A stretch of DNA of 47,889 nucleotides, from the NCBI GenBank assembly GCA_040400605.1, contig JBBAPZ010000008.1, positions 1 through 47,889 on the forward strand, read 5' to 3'. Made by a program: the position numbers and the translations under genes. The notes under the pieces are model-generated. The model had not been told where the DNA came from and did not search any database. It saw only the letters and a program-made list of their open reading frames with translations. The DNA comes from Candidatus Sericytochromatia bacterium (GTDB lineage Bacteria; Cyanobacteriota; Sericytochromatia; S15B-MN24; JAQBPE01). Numbering within the stretch: position 1 is the stretch's first letter; each line of letters starts with the position of its first letter. Positions 26,725 through 36,029 of the stretch are shown here, piece after piece.

Positions 26725-29673
26725 GTGATGTGCACTAGACCGTTATCGACACTTGCCGTATTTTGCATCGTGGTTGCACTGGGCGCCTGTGCAAGCCCGT
26801 TGAACGTCAAGTCCTTGACGAAGCCGTCCGGGAAAGCCGTTGCTCAAAGCGCGAAACAGGCACTCACTCAAGCCACGCTCCGCGAAATCCGTGGAATGGT
26901 GCGTTTAACGACAGCAGATGGCGTCAAGTTGGTTGGAAACGACGCTGCGTCCCTGGAGACGGGACGCTTGTTGTCCAATAACAGTGGCAGCCTGATTTCG
27001 AATAATGGCAGCGGTTTGATTGCAAACAATGCTGGTGGCCTGATTTCGAATAATGGTAGCGGTTTGATTGCAAACAATGCCGGTGGCTTTGTTTCGGGGA
27101 AAAGTGGCGGGCTGGCTGGTGCTTTCGCGCTCTTTACCGTCAGTGGGCAGGCCGCGGCTGAGGATCGTCTGGCGGAAGCGATCATTGAGGTGATTGATGC
27201 AGCCGGCAACGTGTTGAAAGACAATACCGGGAAGCCGTTGCAGACTGTGTCTGATGCGCGCGGGAATTATGTGTTGCAGGCGAATATTCCGCAACAGAAT
27301 TTCTTGTTGCGGGTGAAACTGAATGAGAAATTGGCAAGCGCTGGGAGTGAATTGCGGGCGATGGTCGCGGGGGGTGGCAAGCCTGGAGGCATCGAGGTTC
27401 CCATTGATTCCAATTCGTCACTTGCAGCGGGATACGTGCTCGCTGAATACGTCAAAGGTCGCAACGAAGTATTTGCGCGTTTGCCGGATGATGCCAATCA
27501 GGATTTACGCCGGGATGTAGGGGTTGCGCGGGCGTTGCTCGGGCAGCAGGCGTTAGGTTATGGTCCAGAACAGCTTCGGGAGACCGTTGGTCGGTTGCGT
27601 CAGCAATCGGCGGGGCTGGATCAGACACTGGAGCGGGTCAAGGCGATTTTGCTGGTTGGTCAGGAGCAATTGGGCCAAGGGGAAATGGCGACGCGTGTGC
27701 CTTTGTCTTTACCGGTTGCTGTGGCGCGTGATGGATTGGGCAATACATACATTGCCGAGGAGGTGGCGGGCCGAATCCGACAGGTTGACAAAGCGGGCCG
27801 CTTGCGACTTTTCGCAGGCGATCGCCCCTCCCGAGTGTACAGGCCGGGTATCAGCCGGGAGGAGATTGCATTTGGTTCGATCTCAGACATTGCGGTGCAC
27901 CCGCAAGGCGGGCTGGTGGTTGTGGATGAGGCGGCGCGGGCGGTTTATCACCTGCGAGACTCCGGAGAAGTGGCGCGACTCATTCCGGCGCCGGGGGTGA
28001 ACACTGAATTCATTCCGAGGGTACTTGCCATCGATCCCCTTGGTGATGTTTACGTTTCCGGCGGACGCCACGTTTACCGGATAGCGGGGGCCACGGTCAC
28101 TGAAGTCACGCCAGGGGCGATGGGCACACGCTTGGTGACGGCGATCGCTGTTGCGCGCGATGGCGCGCTCTGGATTGTGCGGCAGGGAGACTTGCTGCGT
28201 CTGGCACCTGGTGACACGGAGTGGGTCCTGATCAACAACGTTCTTCAAGCCGGTGTGTATGGTCGTTTGGCGCCGGCAGGGCAGCACGATGTTTATCTCA
28301 CCGAGTCGATTGGTGACCGGGTGGTGCGTGTCGCACCGAATGGACAGCCAAGCTTGGTTTTTGGCCAAGGACAGCCGGGACAAAAGGTGGATGCATCAAC
28401 CCGTTCCGTGACCTTGGGCGTGATGCAATTGCGACGCCCGGCCGGACTGACCGTTACGGCTGAGGGACGGATTTTGGTGGCGGATTATTGGCGTCAACTG
28501 GTACGGGAAATCGATTCCACAGAGGGTACACGGCGCATGACAACCTTCGCGGGTCTGGATGGGCCGGCGATGCTTGGTGGACGCGAAGTGGTGGCTGTCA
28601 ACAATCCCTTTGCCTTGGCGCTTAAGCCGGGTGGTGAGGGTTTCGTGTATGCCGAGGCCGGGTCACATGTGGTTCGGCAATATCGCGGTGGGCAGGTAGG
28701 GTTGGTGGCCGGTGGTGATCAATGGACTATTGGAGAGAACACCCGAGCGGTGGATGCGGCACTGACCTCGCCAGTTAACGTCAGTTATGATCGCGCTGGT
28801 AATCTTTGGGTACTTGAAAGTGTGTCAGCACGGCTATTGAAGATTACTCCGGATGGCGTGGTCCGGGTCATGGCTGGCAATGGTCAGACGCTTGATGCTG
28901 ACAAGCCGCCTCAATTCAATCCGGAGGGACTGCGGGCCACAGAGGTGCAGCTTGGTCGCCCAGCCGGCCTGGCGATCGGCCCCGATGATCAGCCGTACTG
29001 GTCCGATCAAGGCTACAATGTCGTATGCAAACTGACAAAAGAAGGCACCATCGACGTCGTTGCGGGGACAGTTCCTGCAAAAATCGACGCCGGGGGGGAT
29101 GGCGGCGATGGGGGACCGGCAGCGAAGGCCATGTTGCGCTATCCGTTGTCTTTGGCATTCGACCGGTCTGGTGACCTTTACATTGCAGACACTGGTAATT
29201 TCCGGGTCCGCAAGGTAGCGTCAAGCACGCCGGAGCGAACCATCAGCACCTTCTTGGGCTTGGGCAACCTGGCAACCTTGATGGCGCTGAGCAGTCAGGG
29301 GGCAGCGGCGCCAAAACAGGAGGAGTCCTTGAACGGGGCAATGACTGTCCTACCCGTTGCGCTTTACATCGATAGCCAAAACAGCCTGTATGTCGCGGAA
29401 CTCGGGACAACGCGCTCAGCACCGGTTGCCACAGGCTATGGTGTCACACTGCCGGTCACTTTTCCAACGATTCCCGCACGGGTACGACGTGTTGCGTTGG
29501 GCAGTGACCCGACGATCATCAAAACGGTTGCGGGGCCGGGTGGTCGAGCGCTAACCCAGGAATACGGGGACGATTCCTTGGGATTGCCGGTCGGCTTGGT
29601 GGTGGACGGCAAAGGGCAACTGATTGTATCGGATACACTGAACAACCAGATCAAACTCGTACCGATCCCATAA
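26725..29673 (+). CDS. Large lipoprotein with octapeptide repeats and multiple NHL/SMP-30-like beta-propeller repeats
   Basis: Lipobox LGAC and NHL blades (PVAVARDGLGNTYIAE, PAGLTVTAEGRILVAD, PLSLAFDRSGDLYIADTGNFRVRKV, GDGGPAAKA.L). Confidence 0.85.
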   Translation: MMCTRPLSTLAVFCIVVALGACASPLNVKSLTKPSGKAVAQSAKQALTQATLREIRGMVRLTTADGVKLVGNDAASLETGRLLSNNSGSLISNNGSGLIANNAGGLISNNGSGLIANNAGGFVSGKSGGLAGAFALFTVSGQAAAEDRLAEAIIEVIDAAGNVLKDNTGKPLQTVSDARGNYVLQANIPQQNFLLRVKLNEKLASAGSELRAMVAGGGKPGGIEVPIDSNSSLAAGYVLAEYVKGRNEVFARLPDDANQDLRRDVGVARALLGQQALGYGPEQLRETVGRLRQQSAGLDQTLERVKAILLVGQEQLGQGEMATRVPLSLPVAVARDGLGNTYIAEEVAGRIRQVDKAGRLRLFAGDRPSRVYRPGISREEIAFGSISDIAVHPQGGLVVVDEAARAVYHLRDSGEVARLIPAPGVNTEFIPRVLAIDPLGDVYVSGGRHVYRIAGATVTEVTPGAMGTRLVTAIAVARDGALWIVRQGDLLRLAPGDTEWVLINNVLQAGVYGRLAPAGQHDVYLTESIGDRVVRVAPNGQPSLVFGQGQPGQKVDASTRSVTLGVMQLRRPAGLTVTAEGRILVADYWRQLVREIDSTEGTRRMTTFAGLDGPAMLGGREVVAVNNPFALALKPGGEGFVYAEAGSHVVRQYRGGQVGLVAGGDQWTIGENTRAVDAALTSPVNVSYDRAGNLWVLESVSARLLKITPDGVVRVMAGNGQTLDADKPPQFNPEGLRATEVQLGRPAGLAIGPDDQPYWSDQGYNVVCKLTKEGTIDVVAGTVPAKIDAGGDGGDGGPAAKAMLRYPLSLAFDRSGDLYIADTGNFRVRKVASSTPERTISTFLGLGNLATLMALSSQGAAAPKQEESLNGAMTVLPVALYIDSQNSLYVAELGTTRSAPVATGYGVTLPVTFPTIPARVRRVALGSDPTIIKTVAGPGGRALTQEYGDDSLGLPVGLVVDGKGQLIVSDTLNNQIKLVPIP
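26968..27111 (+). repeat. In-frame tandem repeat: six 24-bp units; 26992-27039 and 27040-27087 form a 48-bp duplicate (46/48 identical)
   Basis: Encodes LLSNNSGS-LISNNGSG-LIANNAGG-LISNNGSG-LIANNAGG-FVSGKSGG. The two differences between the 48-mers are synonymous. Confidence 0.95.
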
Positions 29674-29758
29674 CACGTCGGGTGATCTGGTTGTTCTTCG
29701 CTGTTAACAACCAATCCAAACGACGCCGCAATGGTACAAAGCAAGTCGCTAAGGACAA

Positions 29759-31345
29759 GTGTTCATGTTGCGTGCACTGTATGAAGGTCAATTCGAACAC
29801 GCCCTGGTGGACACGCTACCGGGCGATCCCAATGGTCAGAACACTGTTCGAGAGGTTCGCCAGGCTTGCTACTCGTATGTCTTGCCCACGGCGGTCAGTT
29901 CACCGCGTTTGATCGCTTGGTCGCATCATCTGGCCACCCGTATGGGGGTTTCACCACCCAAGCGAGATACGGGGTTGGAGGCTGACATCTTGAGCGGTAA
30001 TCGTGTGCTCCCATCGATGAAGCCCCTTGCGACGTGTTACGGGGGTCATCAGTTTGGACACTGGGCGAGGCAGTTGGGAGATGGCCGTGCCATCACCCTT
30101 GGTGAGTGGCGGGCGCCGGATGATACCCGACACGAGGTGCAGTTAAAGGGCGCGGGACCGACACCGTATTCGCGCCATGCGGATGGTCGGGCGGTGTTGC
30201 GATCCTCGATTCGCGAGTTTATCGCATCAGAGGCGATGCATCACTTGGGTGTGCCAACCACACGCGCGTTGGCCTTGTGTTTGACAGGCGATCGCATCGA
30301 ACGCGACATGTTCTATACGGGGCATCCCAGACTCGAACCCGGTGCGATTGTCACCCGTGTGGCGCCCACCTTTTTACGTTTCGGTCACTACCAACTGCCG
30401 GCGGCGCGTCAGGATTCCGACTTGCTGCGTCGCCTGATTGATTTCACCATCACGCGCTATTACCCGCACCTTGATGTGAATCAGCCCGATGCGATCGCGT
30501 GCTGGTTCGTTGAAGTGGCTGAGTTAACGGCAAAGATGGTTGCGCACTGGATGCGCGTTGGGTTCGTGCATGGGGTGATGAACACGGACAATATGTCAAT
30601 AATCGGGCTGACGATTGATTACGGGCCTTTTGCCTGGCTGGACGAGTTTGACCCCGACTTTACGCCCAATACGACAGACGCTGCTCACGGGCGCTACCGT
30701 TATCGGTTTCAACCGGCGATCGCCCGCTGGAACCTCGCTCGCCTGGGCGATGCGCTGCTGACGTTCGGGGTTGCCGCCGAGGCGTTGGAGGCAGGGCTTG
30801 AGCATTATCAGTGCACCTATGAACGGGAGTATCGCAAACAGAGTCTGGCCAAAATTGGCCTTTTTAAGGCGCACGACCGGTTTGATCTATTTGATGGCTT
30901 GATGCCCCTGCTGATGGATAGCCGTGCGGACTGGACCTTGTTTTTTCGGTATCTGGCAGATGTGTCCCTCGCTGGGTCCGTTGACACCGATGGCTGGTTG
31001 AAACAGATGCGCCCAGCTTTTTACGGTGATTTGGGGGACCCGCTGATCGCACGCTGGCAAACCTGGTTTCAGCAGTTGTCAGCCGCTGTGGACGAAGAGG
31101 AGATGGCACCGGACGCGAGACGCGATCGCATGAACCGGGTGAACCCGGCAATCATTCCTCGCAATTACCTCTTACACGAAGTCATTCAAGCAGCCGAAAA
31201 AAATGATTTCGCCCCGCTTGAACGCTTATGCGCAGCCATTGAAACGCCTTATGTCGAAAACAATGTCACCAAGCCCTTGATGGGACGCATCCCGGATTGG
31301 GCGCGACAAACCCCAGGCTGCTCAGCGCTGTCTTGCAGTTCCTAA
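29759..31345 (+). CDS. selO: Protein adenylyltransferase SelO (YdiU family)
   Basis: YGGHQFG..A.QLGDGRA, QLKGAGPTPYSR.ADGRAVLRSSIREF, GFVHGVMNTDNMSI.G.TIDYGP, NP..IPRNY, C-terminal LSCSS. The start may instead be ATG 29765. Confidence 0.96.
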   Translation: MFMLRALYEGQFEHALVDTLPGDPNGQNTVREVRQACYSYVLPTAVSSPRLIAWSHHLATRMGVSPPKRDTGLEADILSGNRVLPSMKPLATCYGGHQFGHWARQLGDGRAITLGEWRAPDDTRHEVQLKGAGPTPYSRHADGRAVLRSSIREFIASEAMHHLGVPTTRALALCLTGDRIERDMFYTGHPRLEPGAIVTRVAPTFLRFGHYQLPAARQDSDLLRRLIDFTITRYYPHLDVNQPDAIACWFVEVAELTAKMVAHWMRVGFVHGVMNTDNMSIIGLTIDYGPFAWLDEFDPDFTPNTTDAAHGRYRYRFQPAIARWNLARLGDALLTFGVAAEALEAGLEHYQCTYEREYRKQSLAKIGLFKAHDRFDLFDGLMPLLMDSRADWTLFFRYLADVSLAGSVDTDGWLKQMRPAFYGDLGDPLIARWQTWFQQLSAAVDEEEMAPDARRDRMNRVNPAIIPRNYLLHEVIQAAEKNDFAPLERLCAAIETPYVENNVTKPLMGRIPDWARQTPGCSALSCSS

Positions 31346-31646
31346 ATCTTTCGCGCCGTGGGTTGCCCAATCCCAAAAGACTTGAACCAGCTGAGCAGAG
31401 CAAACAAGATGACCTGGCAGCATGCCTGCACTGTTGCGATTCACACTTGACTACGAAACGGCGATGCCTATCGAGAGGAATGTCGATTGCAAAACAGATC
31501 AACCCAGAATGAGCGTTATACAGAAACGCGTTGATTGGTGATCACATCTTTGCTGATGCTCAATAACAGCGAGTCAGCGCCTGATGTCTTAAGTTTGCGA
31601 TACAATTTTTGAACAAAAACCCATGCGTCACTGTGTCGTGTAAGCG

Positions 31647-32099
31647 CTATCGTGCGAGCAATTTATACATCACGATATGAGGCAACTCAACACTTTCAAA
31701 AATATCACCCACGGCAACCCAACCCTGACGCGCATAAAATGGCTGAGCACTGACGCGGGCATTACACCACACCGTGGTCGCGCCCCTTTGGCGCGCCTCC
31801 GCCTCAAAACGGGCAAGCAAACACGCACCGATGCCTTGACCTTGAAAACCGGGATGAACAGCCATCCCACGTAACTGATAAGTGGCTTGCGGACACAAAG
31901 GCTGGTTTGCCAGCAGACCGGTGCAGCAACCCACCTGAGCATAACCAAGTTGCGCCAATACATGAAAAGTCGTAGGGAGATCGTCTTCCGCGTAGATGCT
32001 TTCGAGCACTGACCGGTGCGATCGCAACACGCTCGCGCGCAGAGCCAGAATGACCGCAGCGTCGGCAACGCTAAGTTCGATTGAGGATTGAAGCCGCAT
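31647..32099 (-). CDS. GNAT family N-acetyltransferase (YitH/ElaA-like)
   Basis: LRASVLR, YQLRGMAVHPGFQGQGIG, VWCNARVSAQPFY, PHIVMYK. ATG 32099 preferred. Confidence 0.9.
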   Translation of the reverse strand: MRLQSSIELSVADAAVILALRASVLRSHRSVLESIYAEDDLPTTFHVLAQLGYAQVGCCTGLLANQPLCPQATYQLRGMAVHPGFQGQGIGACLLARFEAEARQRGATTVWCNARVSAQPFYARQGWVAVGDIFESVELPHIVMYKLLAR

Positions 32100-32768
32100 C
32101 GTATGTAACCCTCTTCGCGATACTCCGCTCAATCGGAGCTGTCAAGCGCGATGACCAACCTCGCGCAACAACACGGAAACAAACTGGTTGCAGCTCAAAT
32201 TTTGATTATTCTCAACCACAATGGTCCGTTTTGAGATGGCCTTGCATCAGCAGAAACGAAGGTCGACCGATACATTATCTAACGCCACGTGTTTATGTGT
32301 ACACAATCGCAACGATTTTACTCAGAAGCGTTGCTCAACCGGCAGCTTGGATTGATTCAACGATGCCTTCAGATCTGGCAAGCTTGATCTGACGATCATC
32401 TGAGACGTTGCGACCAACAATTCGATTGTGTGCACACAACTGACCAGGCGATTGTCATTCTGGAGAATTTTAACCGTGCATGGACAATATGACACCCCGG
32501 ATTGTCAGCCAGAGAAGGTGTGAATTCACTCCCCTCAACATGGCGACGATGGCGAAAGCTTTGACATCCGTCACCGACGCGATTCTCAACGATGGCAAAA
32601 AATCGTGCACGGCGGGGCCTTCCCAGCTACACCAACGATCGTGTCTTCTCAGTAGACGTTTAAAAATCCGGGTAACCAGCTTAACCCCCTTGGGGATAAT
32701 GCAGGGGGACAACCGATTGTTGTCGTCACCGCACCCGGTTGATTCTGCACCAACCCGCTAAAAACTGG

Positions 32769-33629
32769 TCAAAAGTTGGCACGCAGGAGCGCCAGCGTCT
32801 CGCGTACAGCCGGCGAGAGCCTTGCACCGCCTCGCCAGACAACATGGATGCGCTCGGAATACTCGAAAGGAGCCTCGGCCGCCACGCCCAGTACGCCCAG
32901 TTCGAGACGGCTCGCCACGGCGATGTCCGGAACAAAAGCAGCGCCCAAACCGGCCTCAACCAGATGCAGTGCGGCCTCGAGGTGGTCAACCTCTGCCACC
33001 ACGCGGCGCGGGAATTCGAAGTCTGGCCAGCCATCCATCTCACGCCCGCCCGTACCGTCGAAACGGCGCGGCACGATGTAATCTAGGTGGTCCCAGGTAT
33101 CGGTTTGACCGGGCTGGGCCACGATGACGTAGCGGCAAAGTCGCACCGACGCCCAGGCCAGATCCGAGCGCGTCGGCTCAGCAGCAATGAGTCCCAGATC
33201 GACCTCGCCTGCAGCAACCCAACGCTCGGCAATCTCGCAGCCCATCGCGAACAGCTGAGGCCGGATGCCGGGGTACCTCGCGAGCAGCCTCGCAAGCAAG
33301 GGCGGAAGCATGTAAATGTGCAGTGGACTCGCGCTAGCGATCTTCACCGGACCAAGCGGAACCTCGCCGCGCAGTTCGGCCATACGCACATCAAGATTAT
33401 CGAAGCCCTCAACCAAACCGCGGATCTCCTCGAAAAAAACCTCACCGGCCCGCGTGAGGCCGCGCACTCTCTGCCCGCGATCAAGCAGGATCTGACCATA
33501 GTAATCCTCGAGCTTGGCGATTGCGTGACTAAGTGCCTGATGCGAGACGTGTAAACGCTCAGCTGCCACACGCATATTGCGCGTCTCGGCCACAACACGG
33601 AAGTACCGTAGCCACTCTGGATTGACCAT
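32769..33629 (-). CDS. LysR family transcriptional regulator
   Basis: LRYFRVVAET.NMRVAAERLHVSHQALSHAIAKLE...LLDR....LTRAG HTH plus a substrate-binding domain (VAAGEVDLGL, LVEAGLGAAFVP). ATG 33629 follows GGGAGG. Confidence 0.95.
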   Translation of the reverse strand: MVNPEWLRYFRVVAETRNMRVAAERLHVSHQALSHAIAKLEDYYGQILLDRGQRVRGLTRAGEVFFEEIRGLVEGFDNLDVRMAELRGEVPLGPVKIASASPLHIYMLPPLLARLLARYPGIRPQLFAMGCEIAERWVAAGEVDLGLIAAEPTRSDLAWASVRLCRYVIVAQPGQTDTWDHLDYIVPRRFDGTGGREMDGWPDFEFPRRVVAEVDHLEAALHLVEAGLGAAFVPDIAVASRLELGVLGVAAEAPFEYSERIHVVWRGGARLSPAVRETLALLRANF

Positions 33630-33704
33630 ACGACCCTCCCGAATTTTGCCGTGTGTGCCGCACAAGAACGATAAGAACGCCGAAAATTTTAGCAAAGCGG
33701 CGCT

Positions 33705-33729
33705 AATTGGCCAATAATATTTGCCAATT
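33705..33729. promoter_or_regulatory. Near-perfect 25-bp palindrome in the LysR/lipoprotein divergent region (candidate operator)
   Basis: AATTGGC-C-AATA-A-TATT-T-GCCAATT, with one mismatched pair, in an AT-rich intergenic region. Confidence 0.55.
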
Positions 33730-33820
33730 CCGCAAAAAAAATATGCTTTTGTATTAACTGTTTAAGTGGCAGGATGTAAAAGTAAGGTTTAGATTGAGTT
33801 AAACAGAAAGGAACGACGCC

Positions 33821-34291
33821 ATGCGCATTACTCTCCTCGCCACGATGGCTGTCACCGCCCTCGCAGCCTGTGGGGCCAGCCCGACGGCCACTCCGCCGTC
33901 CATCCCGGCGATAAGGACCGCAGCCGCCCCTCGCTTGCCAGACGCGACGGGGCTTATCCTGACCAGCGCGACGCACGAACACATCGTTGAGAAACCAAAG
34001 GGCACTTTTAACAAGCTTGTGGGCCGCGACGTTTATACTGTAGAGGGCAAGATGGTCAAAGGCACAGTTCGGCTTTCGGCAGAGTACAGTTTCGTGTTTC
34101 AAGGTTGGACTGGGGTAGAAGAATACTTTCGTGCTAACATCAACGGCATCAATCTTAACGCAAATGACTGCAGGACCTATCGCGCGGCAATAGCGGAGGC
34201 CAAACTCCCACCAGGTATTGACGCGGCTGTGATTAGCGGAGTCTTGCGTGTTCTTGACTCTATCGCTCGCTATGGTCATACAGCGTCTTGA
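33821..34291 (+). CDS. Small lipoprotein of unknown function
   Basis: AAAGGA SD, MRITLLATMAVTALAAC lipobox, Pro/Ala linker and a compact domain. Confidence 0.8.
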   Translation: MRITLLATMAVTALAACGASPTATPPSIPAIRTAAAPRLPDATGLILTSATHEHIVEKPKGTFNKLVGRDVYTVEGKMVKGTVRLSAEYSFVFQGWTGVEEYFRANINGINLNANDCRTYRAAIAEAKLPPGIDAAVISGVLRVLDSIARYGHTAS

Positions 34292-34299
34292 CCCATTGA

Positions 34300-34401
34300 G
34301 TTGTTGCGACCAACAACCTGTGCTGGGCTAAATCCATCATCAAATATGTTATTTAGCCCACCCAAGGCGACAGTTGCGGGATTGAGCCCATAAGCTGCCT
34401 T
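34300..34401. terminator. Three consecutive hairpins between convergent genes
   Basis: GTTGTTG-CGAC-CAACAAC (34300-34317), TGGGCTAAAT-N17-ATTTAGCCCA (34324-34360) and an imperfect AAGG..CAGTT..GGG/CCC..AGCTG-CCTT (34364-34401). Confidence 0.4.
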
Positions 34402-34466
34402 GTCACTGCAGTCATAATGCGTATCAGTCAGACCAAACCTTTGTGTCGTTCATTTGGCCCACAAGC

Positions 34467-35585
34467 CTAGTTGACGTTTTTGTTGACTGGCGCGGCAAGA
34501 AGGCCGATTTTGGTCGATCGGCCGGATGCACCGCTCAACATCCAAGTTACGTAGTAATCCAAAACAGCACCACTGTGATCGGTCTCTTTCTGGTCGACAA
34601 ATCCATGATCCAATCCCGGCAACATGAGATAGGTAAGGGGTTGATTCTGGTAGCGAAACATTTCCGCAGCAAACAAATCGGCAGCAGCGATCGGCACCTT
34701 TGTATCCGCATCGCCGTGCGCGACAAAAAGTGGAATGTTTAAGCCACGAAGGTCATCAAGTGGGCTTGATGTCAAACCATAGGTGACCGATTGCAATTGT
34801 TCAGGTGTCTTGGCGTTACCGGTGGTCGATAAAAATATCTCCTGATCCAGAATTGTCTTGACTCCGAGCGCGCCCGTTTCCTGACGGCCCCGACAACTGG
34901 CCTCGAAAAAGCGTGTGGGGCCAGCGCCTGCCATCAGTGCAACGGACTTGATCCCGCGTCCGGCTATCCTTCGACAAATCCCGCTGACGATATCAGCGCC
35001 CTCAGAGTGCCCGACCAAATGAATCCCCTGAAAAGAGCCATCAGCGAGCAACGCCTGAACCACTGCAACGCCATCATTGACTCGCGTTGCTTTGAGATAC
35101 AGACCGCTTGAAAAGGCATCCTGCATCATGCGTTCTGCCATTTCTTGAGACTCCGGCGGTGGCCCGAAAGATTTCAAACCTCGCTTTTCAACCACCACAA
35201 CATTGACACGATCCTGTTGCTTGGCGAGGTCTGCAAAAAACATCAACGCGGAAACAGTCCGTTCCTGACGCAGCATCACAACCGGCAGACACTTCGAGCC
35301 TCCAAAAACAACAATTGTGGGAGCGGGTCTAGTTGCCCGAGCGATGAACAGATCAATCTCGCTGTGATCAGCTCTCGCAAGCGTGTAGTGACTGAACGGA
35401 ACCCAAGGTGTTTTGCCGATCATTCTCAAGCGAGGTTTTTCATGCGTATGAGCGTATGCAAATTTCGACCAGCAAAACAGACACGGTACAATCACCGACA
35501 ACAAACACCAGATGACACGCCGGTCATCCGCCCAACACCGAATTGTTGACTCAGTCTGGATTTTGGGAAAAACCGCAGGATACAT
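34467..35585 (-). CDS. Secreted alpha/beta hydrolase (S9 peptidase/esterase-like)
   Basis: Nucleophile elbow LVGHSEGA, IPLFVAHGDADTKVP (Asp), LPGLDHGF (His). Signal-like segment ending FAYA. True start uncertain. Confidence 0.85.
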   Translation of the reverse strand: MYPAVFPKIQTESTIRCWADDRRVIWCLLSVIVPCLFCWSKFAYAHTHEKPRLRMIGKTPWVPFSHYTLARADHSEIDLFIARATRPAPTIVVFGGSKCLPVVMLRQERTVSALMFFADLAKQQDRVNVVVVEKRGLKSFGPPPESQEMAERMMQDAFSSGLYLKATRVNDGVAVVQALLADGSFQGIHLVGHSEGADIVSGICRRIAGRGIKSVALMAGAGPTRFFEASCRGRQETGALGVKTILDQEIFLSTTGNAKTPEQLQSVTYGLTSSPLDDLRGLNIPLFVAHGDADTKVPIAAADLFAAEMFRYQNQPLTYLMLPGLDHGFVDQKETDHSGAVLDYYVTWMLSGASGRSTKIGLLAAPVNKNVN

Positions 35586-36029
35586 CGAGAAACACTTTCT
35601 TAGTTAACAAGCGTTTCTGTTTCCGTACCCCTTTGGATGCTGAGAAAAAACGCTTGTTCAAGGTTACCGACACAAACATTCAAAAAGCCACGCGCGCTTG
35701 CGCCCACCGGACGCTCTCTGAAACTGAAAACGCCTAAAACAACGTGACGGTTTCGGTTCTCAAGTGTTTCAAGTGTTCAGTGACCCGGTGCATTCTGTCT
35801 CTCGAAGCGGTTTTGGCAGCGAGCGCTAACACGTGTTTGCCCAAAGTTTCACACATGGGCATTCGTTCCAAATCTAAAGCCATCACATCTGAACCATCAA
35901 TTTCACCGATCAGTGAATCGCCACCAGACCAACACGCAATAGTAACAGGCCTGATTCAGGGTGCTATGAGCGGTAGCGTTACAACGCATATCTAACGAAC
36001 AGTGAGTCAATCTGATGGATGGCATCGCG

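Noticed and set aside
26968..27111. Tandem repeat as a CRISPR array
   Set aside because: The units are contiguous, in frame and lack unique spacers. No cas genes are present.
31319..31345. Possible selenocysteine read-through at the SelO C-terminus
   Set aside because: The tail is CSALSCSS with ordinary Cys codons and a TAA stop. There is no in-frame TGA.
32480..32761. 93-aa plus-strand ORF and the overlapping 80-aa minus-strand ORF in the gap after LysR
   Set aside because: No motifs, atypical composition, and neither is favoured over the other.
35942..35982. Hammerhead ribozyme in the three-way-junction-like fold
   Set aside because: It lacks the CUGAnGA and GAAA core.
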